Below, piece by piece: positions 31,244 to 40,077 of a stretch of DNA of 64,000 nt. The notes beneath the pieces are model-generated. The model was given only the letters and a program-made list of their open reading frames with translations. It searched no databases and was not told where the DNA came from. The DNA lies in the NCBI GenBank assembly GCA_963753345.1, contig CAVWBU010000023.1:1-64000 (forward strand), written 5' to 3'. Position numbers and translations under genes: made by a program. This DNA is from an uncultured Fibrobacterota bacterium. Its GTDB lineage: Bacteria > Fibrobacterota > Chitinivibrionia > Chitinivibrionales > FEN-1185. Numbering within the stretch: the stretch's first letter is position 1; every line of letters starts with the position of its first letter.

Positions 31244-31528
31244 ATGGCAAGACTCAGCAAGCAGCAGCTTATCGCCCTTCAGAAGAAACTCGGGACCGAC
31301 CAGGCAATAGGAGACAAGGTTGGTGTCACCCGTCAAGCGATCCATCAGCTGCGCAACAAGTTCGGCATCGACTCGCTCATTGCGAAGAATGCGGACAGAA
31401 ACAAGAAGATCCTCGGCATGTACAAAGGCGGAAAGACCGGCACCGACATCGCCAAGAAGTTCGAACTGTCCGTTTCGCAGACATACCGCATCATCAGCAC
31501 GTCCGGAAAGGGAAAGAAGAGGAGATAA
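31244..31528 (+). CDS. Small basic protein with two HTH motifs
   Basis: DQAIGDKVGVTRQAIHQ and GTDIAKKFELSVSQTYRI; strong RBS. Confidence 0.8.
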   Translation: MARLSKQQLIALQKKLGTDQAIGDKVGVTRQAIHQLRNKFGIDSLIAKNADRNKKILGMYKGGKTGTDIAKKFELSVSQTYRIISTSGKGKKRR

Positions 31529-31559
31529 GCTTCTTTCTAAGGGATTTGTCAATATCGTT

Positions 31560-31597
31560 CCACATGGCGGGCTGTTCCGCCATGTGGATTTTTTTTT
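31560..31597 (+). terminator. Intrinsic terminator
   Basis: CCACATGGCGG-gctgtt-CCGCCATGTGG followed by a T run. Confidence 0.85.
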
Positions 31598-31654
31598 GCC
31601 CCACTTTCCCGGGCGTAAACTATCGCAGCCGGCGCGAGTCAAGGAACGCCGCCT

Positions 31655-32494
31655 ATGCCCCTTGTGTCGGTCATCATCCCGACGTACAACCGCGCCGCGC
31701 TGCTTGAGCGGGCGATAGGCTCGGTGCTTTGCCAGACCATGCGCGACTGGGAATGCATCGTGGTCGACGACGCGTCAACCGACGGGACAGAAGGCGCCCT
31801 GCGGTCGCGGGGACTTCTCGCGCACGTGAAGTATGTCCGCCTGCCGCTTCACAAAGGGGTATCGGCTGCCAGAAACGCCGGCGTGGAAGCGGCCGGGGGC
31901 GCGTGGCTTGCGTTCCTGGATTCCGACGACGAGTGGCACGCCCCGAAACTGGAACGGCAGATGCGGTGGCACGAGAGGAATCCGTCGTACCGGATTTTCC
32001 AGACCAGGGAAATCTGGGTGCGGCGCGGCAGGCGCGTCAATCCCCCGGCAACGCATGAGAAGAGGCATGGATATATTTTTGAAGACAGCCTTGCCCGGTG
32101 CATGGTGACGCCGTCGTCGGTGGTGATGGAAAAGTCGCTGTTTCGCGACGCAGGCGGGTTCAACGAGTCGTTTCCCGCCTGTGAAGACTACGACCTGTGG
32201 CTCAAGATCACCTGCGAACACCCCGTGGGGCTGGTTGACGAATGCCTGCTCACCCGCTACGGCGGACACAGCGACCAGCTTTCCGCAACGGTGCCGGCGA
32301 TTGACAGGTTCCGCATCCAGAGCATTGAGGACATTCTCGCATCCGGAAAGCTTTCGGCCGCTCAGGCGGACCTTGCGCGAACAACCCTCGTGAAGAAGGC
32401 GCGCATCATGGCGAACGGTTGCAGGAAGAGAGGAAACGGTGAGGACTACGAACGGTACTCGCGCATCGCAGGAACTCTCGCGCCTGGAGGCTGA
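31655..32494 (+). CDS. GT2 glycosyltransferase
   Basis: VSVIIPTYNR, VVDDASTD, FLDSDD and CEDYDLW motifs. Confidence 0.92.
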   Translation: MPLVSVIIPTYNRAALLERAIGSVLCQTMRDWECIVVDDASTDGTEGALRSRGLLAHVKYVRLPLHKGVSAARNAGVEAAGGAWLAFLDSDDEWHAPKLERQMRWHERNPSYRIFQTREIWVRRGRRVNPPATHEKRHGYIFEDSLARCMVTPSSVVMEKSLFRDAGGFNESFPACEDYDLWLKITCEHPVGLVDECLLTRYGGHSDQLSATVPAIDRFRIQSIEDILASGKLSAAQADLARTTLVKKARIMANGCRKRGNGEDYERYSRIAGTLAPGG

Positions 32495-33440
32495 CCTCCC
32501 GCGCATTGCAGCATCGCTGCGCTTTACCCAGGTGCAACTTGACAAACTCACCTTGCCGGAAGATTTGTTCGCAAAGAACTCCGCGCCCCTTCCCGAGGCC
32601 GCCCTTCTCGTTCCGCTGGTGGTCGCGGAAGAACGCGGCGGGTATCTGATACTGGACGGATGCAAACGGTATCTCGCGATGCGGGCGCAGTGCCGGCCCG
32701 CCTGCGCGTGCGGCGTTGTCAAGGCGCCGGTTTCCGCACCCCGGGCCGGCCTGCTGCGGATCATGCTCAACCGCGGCAGGAATCTTGACATTGGCGAGCG
32801 TGTGCTCTTTTACCAATGGCTCGCCGACCGCGGGTTCGGCGACGGCACCAAGCGTCTGCTCGGCCTTGACGATAATGATGTGCACGATTTTCAAAACATC
32901 ATCTCATGTCACGATGATGTCATCGCAGCGACATCCAGAGGACGGATCAATGTCCGGAACGCCGCCGACTTCAATCTGCTTGACGAACGAGACAGGTCCG
33001 CCTATCTGATGTTTTTCGACGGCTTGAAGCTTTCCCTTCAGACCGAGCGGGAGTTTCTTGAGTGGCTTCCCGAAACGGCCTCAACGCGGGGAATCGAGGT
33101 CCGCGACATTCTTGCGCTCCAGGAACTTTCCGCAATAAAATGCAACACGACATTGAATGATCCGCAGAAGATCCAGAAAATCCGGGCCTCCCTGCATTCC
33201 CTGCGTTATCCCCGATTCGATGCCGCGCTCAAGCAATGGAACGCGCTTGCGCAGAAGATCAATCCCGATCCTTCATCGATACATTTCGTGCCGGGCCGGT
33301 TCTTCGAAAAAGACAGGCTCGATATACGGGTCACGGCGTCAAAACCCGACCAGGCGATTAACGCATTCGAAAGCCTTCGGGAAATTTCCCGGGAAGAATG
33401 GTCGCAACTGATCCGGCCGCCGGGCACCAGCGGAACATGA
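32439..33440 (+). CDS. ParB/Srx N-terminal-like domain protein (start uncertain)
   Basis: PLVV...YLILDGCKRY motif. Confidence 0.6.
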   Translation: MRTTNGTRASQELSRLEADLPRIAASLRFTQVQLDKLTLPEDLFAKNSAPLPEAALLVPLVVAEERGGYLILDGCKRYLAMRAQCRPACACGVVKAPVSAPRAGLLRIMLNRGRNLDIGERVLFYQWLADRGFGDGTKRLLGLDDNDVHDFQNIISCHDDVIAATSRGRINVRNAADFNLLDERDRSAYLMFFDGLKLSLQTEREFLEWLPETASTRGIEVRDILALQELSAIKCNTTLNDPQKIQKIRASLHSLRYPRFDAALKQWNALAQKINPDPSSIHFVPGRFFEKDRLDIRVTASKPDQAINAFESLREISREEWSQLIRPPGTSGT

Positions 33441-33631
33441 TGAGGTGCGCAGCAATCATATATATTATTGCTGCCTCAAACGCGTCTCCCGTTTCCGCAG
33501 GGGGAACTGACATGATCAAAAGCAGTACTCAAACAGCACGACCGGCAGGGACTCCGGCGCGCTCGTCACAAACCATCCAGTTGAACCCTTCTTCCGCAAC
33601 CGCGTTGTAACCCTTTCGATTCCAAAAGGCG

Positions 33632-33901
33632 ATGGCCATGATCCGACCAGCAATGGGACACCTGCAACTGCACGGATTTCCGGTGATGATGGCGGGGTTC
33701 TCGGTGGTGGCGCTATGCGCGGCGTTCTTCGGGATCGGCGTCGCCGCGCATTTCATGACGCATCAGCTCCGGAGCGTGACGTACTTCTGCGCGCTGGGAG
33801 GGCTGGTCGTCTACGCGGCGGGCCGGATCCTCATCATTGTCGAAAAGAGAATGCGCAACCGCGCATCCGAGCAAAAGGACACAACCGGGGAACTGTCGTG
33901 A
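33632..33901 (+). CDS. Small membrane hypothetical protein
   Basis: Two hydrophobic helices; stop overlaps the next start. Confidence 0.55.
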   Translation: MAMIRPAMGHLQLHGFPVMMAGFSVVALCAAFFGIGVAAHFMTHQLRSVTYFCALGGLVVYAAGRILIIVEKRMRNRASEQKDTTGELS

Positions 33902-34365
33902 AAATCCAGGACCTTCTGCAGAAAAACGGCATCATCACCAATCTGGATTCTCCGGACAAGAGCGCGCTGCTCACCCAGATGGCCAGGTACCTCGCCTCGC
34001 TGTACGATATCAAGGACCAGGACCTTATCGTGCGGAAGATCCTGGACAGGGAGGCAGAAGTGTCCACGGGCATCGGCTACGGCATCGCCATTCCGCATGC
34101 CCGCATAGAAGGGATAGACCGCGTCTTTATGATAGCGGGTCGGATGGTGAAAGGAATCGATTTCAACGCGATCGACGAACAGCCGGTGCACCTCGTTTTC
34201 ATGATGCTCTCCCCCGCGCACGCCTCCGCCCAGTACACCCAGCTCCTTTCCTCTCTGTCAAGGATCATGTCCTACGAAGAAATCCGCATCAGCCTGATCG
34301 AAACCGAAGACCCGGAAAAATTCCTCGACGTCATAGCCCGCGGCGAAAACAAATACGTGGGGTAA
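33898..34365 (+). CDS. PTS IIA (PtsN/Fru-type) protein
   Basis: DRE..STGIGYGIAIPHAR with the conserved phospho-His. Confidence 0.9.
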   Translation: MKIQDLLQKNGIITNLDSPDKSALLTQMARYLASLYDIKDQDLIVRKILDREAEVSTGIGYGIAIPHARIEGIDRVFMIAGRMVKGIDFNAIDEQPVHLVFMMLSPAHASAQYTQLLSSLSRIMSYEEIRISLIETEDPEKFLDVIARGENKYVG

Positions 34366-34556
34366 CGGGCCCTGTTCCCCGCGCCTGCCGGCTTTCTGCA
34401 TGCTGCGGCGCGAGGATCAAGCTGCCCGCGCTTTATCTGCCGTCATGGTTGCTTCCGATACATTTTTGTGTTTTGTTGGGCATGAGAAGGATTTTTCATT
34501 TATTTTGTGTGCTCACCGGGCCGGGCAATCCTGCCGCGTTGTAGCGGAAAACCTTC

Positions 34557-36122
34557 ATGAGCAACCCGAACGAAATAGGCTCCCACCTCAGTTTCAACGG
34601 CCTCGCCACGCTGTACCGCATCGCCCAGCTCTTGAGCTCCGGCGGCGGCATCGAGAAGATCATGGAGGGCGTGCTTGACATACTGGAAACGCATGCGGGC
34701 ATGAAGCGCGGCATGATCTCCATCCTCAACCCCGAGAATTCCGAGCTTGCCGTCGACGTGGGCCGCGGTATCTCCGAAAGCGGCAAGCAGCGCGGACGCT
34801 ACCGGCTCGGCGAAGGCATTACGGGGAGGGTGGTGGCCACGGGGAGGCCCATCGCGGTTCCCAAGTTGAGGAACGAGCCCACGTTCCTTGACAAAACAGG
34901 AGCACGCAAAAACCTTAAGGACACCGACCTTGCCTTCCTCTGCGTGCCCATCAAGGCTGCGAACGACGTGGTGGGCGCGCTTTCGGTTGACAAAGTGAGC
35001 GTGGAAAGCGCGGTGACGCTTGAAGGCGAGCTGCAGTTTCTCCAGGCCGTCGCGGCCCTTGTTGCGCAGGTGGTGGTGGCCCGGCGGAGGCAGCAGGAAC
35101 TGATTTCGGCCCTGGAACGCGAAAACCTCGAACTCCGCAAGACCCTCGAGGAAAAGGGCAAGCCCGACCAGATGGTGGGAAACAGCGGCTCCATGCGCGA
35201 AGTGTACCGCCAGATCGCGCAGGTCGCTCCGTCGATGACCACGGTGCTCCTTCGGGGAGAAACCGGCACGGGCAAGGAGCTTGTGGCGCGCGCCATTCAC
35301 CAGAAGAGCGCCCTTTCGTCCGGACCCTTTGTGCCCGTCAACTGCGCCGCGCTTCCCGAATCGCTTCTGGAAAGCGAACTGTTCGGGCACGAAAAAGGTT
35401 CGTTTACCGGCGCGCTGTCGAAGCACATCGGCAGGTTCGAATCGGCCGACAACGGCACGCTCTTTCTTGACGAGGTCGGTGAAATGACCATGTCGGCCCA
35501 GGGACGCCTCCTGCGTGCGATCCAGGACAAGGAAATACAGCGCGTCGGCGGCTCCGCGGCCGTCCGCGTGAATGTGCGCCTCATCTGCGCGACCAACCGC
35601 GACCTCGAGGCCGACGTGGCCGAAGGCCGCTTCCGCGAGGACCTTTACTACAGGATAAACGTCTTCACCGTCCATCTGCCCCCGCTCAGGGAGCGCGGCG
35701 CCGACGTTCTTTTGCTTGCCGACTATTTCGTCAAGAAATACGCTTTGCGGAACAAAAAAAAGATCGAGCGCATTTCCACGCCGGCCATCGACATGCTCTC
35801 CGCGTACCATTGGCCGGGGAACGTGCGCGAACTTGAAAACGTGATCGAGCGCGCGGTCCTTGTGGCAACCGGAAACGTGATAAACGGCCACGACCTGCCG
35901 CCCACGCTCCGCATGAAAGAAGCAAACCTGCAGGGAACACGCAAGGACACCTTTGAAGCAATGGTCGCGGCGTACGAAAAGGAGCTTATCATGGAAGCGC
36001 TCAAGGACGCCCGCGGCAACCAGACAAAAGCCGCGCAGATACTCGGCACCACAAAACGTGTGGTCCAGTACAAGACCCGGAAACTCGGCGTCGACTTCCG
36101 CAGACTGCGCGGCACCGCGTAG
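34557..36122 (+). CDS. NifA-like GAF-AAA-Fis sigma54 activator
   Basis: GEGITG in the GAF domain, GETGTGKE, ESELFGHEKGSFTGA, WPGNVREL, C-terminal HTH. Confidence 0.92.
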   Translation: MSNPNEIGSHLSFNGLATLYRIAQLLSSGGGIEKIMEGVLDILETHAGMKRGMISILNPENSELAVDVGRGISESGKQRGRYRLGEGITGRVVATGRPIAVPKLRNEPTFLDKTGARKNLKDTDLAFLCVPIKAANDVVGALSVDKVSVESAVTLEGELQFLQAVAALVAQVVVARRRQQELISALERENLELRKTLEEKGKPDQMVGNSGSMREVYRQIAQVAPSMTTVLLRGETGTGKELVARAIHQKSALSSGPFVPVNCAALPESLLESELFGHEKGSFTGALSKHIGRFESADNGTLFLDEVGEMTMSAQGRLLRAIQDKEIQRVGGSAAVRVNVRLICATNRDLEADVAEGRFREDLYYRINVFTVHLPPLRERGADVLLLADYFVKKYALRNKKKIERISTPAIDMLSAYHWPGNVRELENVIERAVLVATGNVINGHDLPPTLRMKEANLQGTRKDTFEAMVAAYEKELIMEALKDARGNQTKAAQILGTTKRVVQYKTRKLGVDFRRLRGTA

Positions 36123-36260
36123 ACCATTGGCCCGCCGATGCTTTGCATTTTCCGCATTCTTCCTGCCGACGAAATTGGAAATCCAGATAATTAACCGCGG
36201 CGTTCATGGCATGCGCCTTGCAATAGAAAAGGCAGACGCGCACTTCATCCAAGGAGCATC

Positions 36261-36542
36261 ATGTCCGGTTCCGCACAGAGAAATCTCGACCAGATCCTGG
36301 CGGGGTTCGAGCGCAACATGATAGAGAAAACGCTGCGGGACACACGCGGGAACCAGAGCGAAGCCGCAAGGATACTTGGCATTTCCAAACGAAAAGTGCA
36401 ATACAAGGCCAGAAAATACCGAATCGATTGCAGAGCGTTCAAGGACCGTCACCTGTCGGAAAGGAACATGCTTTTCCCCTGGCAACCGCCCGCGGATGCA
36501 AACCGTAACACCAGCGAGGATTTCCACAGTCTTCTTCCGTGA
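36261..36542 (+). CDS. Stand-alone Fis-type HTH protein
   Basis: RGNQSEAARILGISKRKVQYK; RBS aaggag. Confidence 0.75.
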   Translation: MSGSAQRNLDQILAGFERNMIEKTLRDTRGNQSEAARILGISKRKVQYKARKYRIDCRAFKDRHLSERNMLFPWQPPADANRNTSEDFHSLLP

Positions 36543-36781
36543 CTTCATGTGGGCCTGGCGAGCGCGGATCGGCACAATTCCCGCCTATTCATCCATTCCC
36601 GCAAACCCATTATCGGCAATCTTCTCTTTAGTCAACATGTTCCGCCAAGTTTCATGGTGATGTGGAGCGATACAAAATTGTGTCCAAAGAGTCGTTTATT
36701 ACAATTTTGTCCGATCATCAGCATTGACCGCAGTTGTGCACGATTCAGCCTTTCATAGCGGAACAATGTCCGCTTTGACAA

Positions 36782-36797
36782 TGGCACGGATCTTGCA
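36782..36797 (+). promoter_or_regulatory. sigma54 -24/-12 promoter of the amtB operon
   Basis: TGGCACGGATCTTGCA matches TGGCAC-N5-TTGC. Confidence 0.88.
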
Positions 36798-36907
36798 TTT
36801 CCAACCACTCCGGAGGAATATCACAAGTAAACGGCATCAGGCATTGTTGCAAGATACCCTAAACACTCATCAAAGATAGAACGGTTTTAAAACAGGAGGA
36901 GGATGCA

Positions 36908-38266
36908 ATGGTGAAAAAAGCTTTTGTGGCCATCGTACTCGGGTTCATCCTGGCGGCGGTCATGCATTCGGTCGGACAACCCGTCGCCTCGGCGGACACG
37001 GTAAAAGCGGTAATTTCCGCCGCGCCCGCTCCAGCCCCGGCTCCCGCCGCGATTCTCAATTCCGGAGACACGGCATGGATGATCGTGGCCACCGCGCTCG
37101 TTATGCTCATGACGCTGCCGGGGCTTGCATTGTTTTACGGCGGCATCGCAAAGCGCAAGGACACTCTTAACGTGATCGCCATGTCGTTCGTCACGTTTGC
37201 AATCGTGAGCGTGCTGTGGGTGATTTACGGATATTCCCTTGCCTTCGGCACCGACGTGCACGGCATTATCGGCAACCTGCAGAAATTCATGATGAGCGGC
37301 ATCAAGGTCGACACGCTTTCCTCGTATCAGAACACCATTCCCGAGTTCATCTTCGTGGTGTTCCAGCTCACCTTTGCCGCGATAACGGTTGCGCTGGCAA
37401 GCGGCGCGTTCATCGAGCGGATGAAGTTTTCGGCGTGGATATTGTTTTCGATATTGTGGCTCACGTTCGTGTACTGTCCGGTCGCCCACTGGGTGTGGGG
37501 CAACGGCTTCCTCGCCAAACTCGGAGCGCTTGACTTTGCGGGAGGGACCGTGGTGCACATCAACGCCGGCATCGCGGCACTCGTGGGCGCGCTGGTGCTC
37601 GGAAAACGCAGGGAACCCTCGCTTATCCCAAATAACCTTGTTGCGACCGTGACCGGCGCGGGTCTTTTGTGGTTCGGGTGGTTCGGGTTCAACGCAGGGT
37701 CGGCGCTCACCGCGAGCGGACTCGCCTGCGCCGCCTTCATCAACACCAATACGGCAACCGCCATGGCCGCGGTCGCCTGGATGGTCACCGAATGGATATT
37801 CCACAAAAAGCCAACGGTGCTGGGGCTTGCCTCGGGCGCGGTTGCCGGGCTCGTTGCGATCACGCCGGCGGCCGGTTTCGTCAACGTGGGCGGCTCAATC
37901 ATCATCGGAATTCTGGCGGGCGTGGTCCCCTATTTCATGGTTGCGTTCGTCAAGGAGAGGCTCGGCTACGACGACACTCTCGACGCATTCGGCATCCACG
38001 GCATCGGCGGGACGGTCGGCGCGCTTCTCACCGGGTTCCTTGCCGACCCCGCGATCAACGCGGCGGGCAGAGGCCTGTTCTACGGCAATCCGGCCCAGGT
38101 GAAAATCCAGCTCATCGCCATAGGCACGACCATCGGGTACGACGCGGTTGTCACCTTCATCATCTTCATGGTCGTCAAGGCCGTGGTGGGCGTCCGCGTG
38201 AGCGCAGACGACGAACTTGTGGGAATGGACCAGAGCACGCACGGCGAACGGGCAATGGGATACTGA
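36908..38266 (+). CDS. amtB: Ammonium transporter
   Basis: GLALFYGG, FQLTFA, DFAGGTVVH, WFGWFGFNAGS and DAFGIHG motifs. Confidence 0.97.
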   Translation: MVKKAFVAIVLGFILAAVMHSVGQPVASADTVKAVISAAPAPAPAPAAILNSGDTAWMIVATALVMLMTLPGLALFYGGIAKRKDTLNVIAMSFVTFAIVSVLWVIYGYSLAFGTDVHGIIGNLQKFMMSGIKVDTLSSYQNTIPEFIFVVFQLTFAAITVALASGAFIERMKFSAWILFSILWLTFVYCPVAHWVWGNGFLAKLGALDFAGGTVVHINAGIAALVGALVLGKRREPSLIPNNLVATVTGAGLLWFGWFGFNAGSALTASGLACAAFINTNTATAMAAVAWMVTEWIFHKKPTVLGLASGAVAGLVAITPAAGFVNVGGSIIIGILAGVVPYFMVAFVKERLGYDDTLDAFGIHGIGGTVGALLTGFLADPAINAAGRGLFYGNPAQVKIQLIAIGTTIGYDAVVTFIIFMVVKAVVGVRVSADDELVGMDQSTHGERAMGY

Positions 38267-38302
38267 CCGCACCACCAAACATTTGCAACAAAAGGAGAGA
38301 CC

Positions 38303-38650
38303 ATGAAATACATCGTAGCAATCATCCAGCCGTCGCGGCTCGAGGCCGTGAAGGAGGCCTTGAGCAAGTTGGAAGTGTTCCGCCTCACCGTCACCGACGT
38401 GGAGGGCATCGGCCGCCAGAAGGGACATACCGAGGTATACCGCGGACACGAGTACAAAATAAGCTTTATCTCCAAAGTCAAACTTGAGATCGCCGTGGAC
38501 GACAAGCATGTCGAGCCCATTGTGGAGGCGATCGCATCCGCTGCCCGCACGGGCAAGGAAGGACAGATCGGCGACGGCAAGATATTTGTCCTCCCGCTCG
38601 ATGACGTGATGCGGATAAGGACCCGGGAACGGGGCGCGGAAGCGTTGTAG
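38303..38650 (+). CDS. glnK: P-II nitrogen regulatory protein (GlnK by position)
   Basis: GRQKGHTEVYRGHEY and IGDGKIFV motifs; follows amtB. Confidence 0.9.
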   Translation: MKYIVAIIQPSRLEAVKEALSKLEVFRLTVTDVEGIGRQKGHTEVYRGHEYKISFISKVKLEIAVDDKHVEPIVEAIASAARTGKEGQIGDGKIFVLPLDDVMRIRTRERGAEAL

Positions 38651-38651
38651 G

Positions 38652-38686
38652 AAGAAGTTCAAAGTTGACAGTTGACGGTTGACAGT
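38652..38686 (+). repeat. Heptamer tandem repeat
   Basis: gaagttcaaagttgacagttgacggttgacag. Confidence 0.75.
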
Positions 38687-38740
38687 AAACGAATAAATGC
38701 AACCCTGATCTTGGTTAACTACAATGACAAAGGAAACATC

Positions 38741-39529
38741 ATGAAAAGAATGACTTTCAATCTCCTACTCGCTGCAGCGGTCCTGCTGTGCCTCAGGACG
38801 GCACAGGCCACGCCTTCCACGCAGATTTGGATTCCGTCAACCGACATACAGGGATTCGGTGTCCTTCATCTGGGGTGGGATTCCTATATCAAGACACGCC
38901 TGGCGGCGGGAGATGTGGGTACCGTTACCAATGGAGGCATAACCGTCGGCGTGTTACCGTTTAAGAAAGTCGGCATGGAAATCGGCCTTGACTACAGGGA
39001 TATCAGCTCCAACCACATATATCCGATGTACTTCAATGCCAAGCTGGGGGTTCCTGAAGACGCATTTTTCAAATACATGCCTGCTGTCGCAATCGGGACT
39101 TTCGATGCAGGCACGAAAACCGGCGGCGCAAGTCTCACGAATTTCAACATTACGTACGGCCTTATTGCAAAGAACATCTGGAAGCTCGGACGCATTTCGG
39201 CAGGATACTACGTGGGCAACGACAAAGCCCTCCTTGTTCCGAAAAAGGACGCGCAGGGATTTCTTGTGTCGTGGGACCGTACCCTCACCGAAATTTCCGA
39301 CAAACTATGGCTTGCCGTTGATTACATGGGAGGCTACAACAGCTACGGCGAGTTGAGTGTCGGTGCCTCGTATGCAGTGACGCCCGACGCGAGCTTCATC
39401 GTCGGATACGACGTTTGGAGTGACGTAAATTCCACGCCGTTGGTCCAGGCAAAACCCACGGTAACGGTCCAGTTTGACGTCAATCTCCCCGCAATCCAGG
39501 ATTGGTTTAAGAAGCCGGAAAAGAAATAA
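38741..39529 (+). CDS. Exported, probably beta-barrel, protein in the amtB-glnK operon
   Basis: Signal peptide ending AQA; amphipathic beta pattern. Confidence 0.65.
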   Translation: MKRMTFNLLLAAAVLLCLRTAQATPSTQIWIPSTDIQGFGVLHLGWDSYIKTRLAAGDVGTVTNGGITVGVLPFKKVGMEIGLDYRDISSNHIYPMYFNAKLGVPEDAFFKYMPAVAIGTFDAGTKTGGASLTNFNITYGLIAKNIWKLGRISAGYYVGNDKALLVPKKDAQGFLVSWDRTLTEISDKLWLAVDYMGGYNSYGELSVGASYAVTPDASFIVGYDVWSDVNSTPLVQAKPTVTVQFDVNLPAIQDWFKKPEKK

Positions 39530-39567
39530 TAGTGATTGACAAAATGATACTAATTAAGAATTCTGGT

Positions 39568-40067
39568 GGGGGAAGTATCCCCCTGGGGTGCAGCCTCCTC
39601 GGAAAGGTTTTGGTTTGTCTTGTTTGTCAACCTTTCCTGTGGGGTCTGCACCCACACCCCCTCCTGGGTAGCCGCCTTGATAAGGCAGTTGTAAGACCAC
39701 ACATTGTTGTGGCGGCACCGATGGAGAGTAGTTGAGAAGTTGAGGAGTTGAGAAGAAAACGCGTTGAAAAGTTGAAGAGTTGAAACGTTGAATGGTTAAG
39801 AAGTTGACACATATACGGGTAGACGCATTAACGCGTTCACGTATGCGTGTTTTTAACACCGATTGGCGCGAAAAATGTAAATTGACAGAATAGATTTCTT
39901 ATGCCGCGCGTTAGGTGGACCGGAGGGTGCGTAAGAGCGAATTGCCGGCCGACCCGGCCGACAGGCATAGGGCGGTCCGGCAACGAGGCCGAATGGCCGA
40001 GCCCGGAGGGAGACCGACCCCTTGCAGAGTCGCACGACCGTGCGACTCCGCAAGGGGGAACGCCCAA
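39568..40067 (+). repeat. Bipartite element copy 7: B (39568-39734), octamer array, A (39859-40067)
   Basis: Full layout; about ten (A/C/G)GTTGANN-like 8-mers, some degenerate, in the spacer. Confidence 0.92.
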
Positions 40068-40077
40068 TTCTTTCTCA

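Noticed and set aside
34557-36122. Calling this gene nifA
   Set aside because: No nif genes are in the window, no canonical TGT-N10-ACA was found upstream of amtB, and the architecture is shared by other activators.
39730-39808. CRISPR array or integron attC sites suggested by GTT-starting repeats
   Set aside because: The units are 7-8 nt tandem repeats without unique spacers or attC inverse cores, and no cas or intI gene is present.
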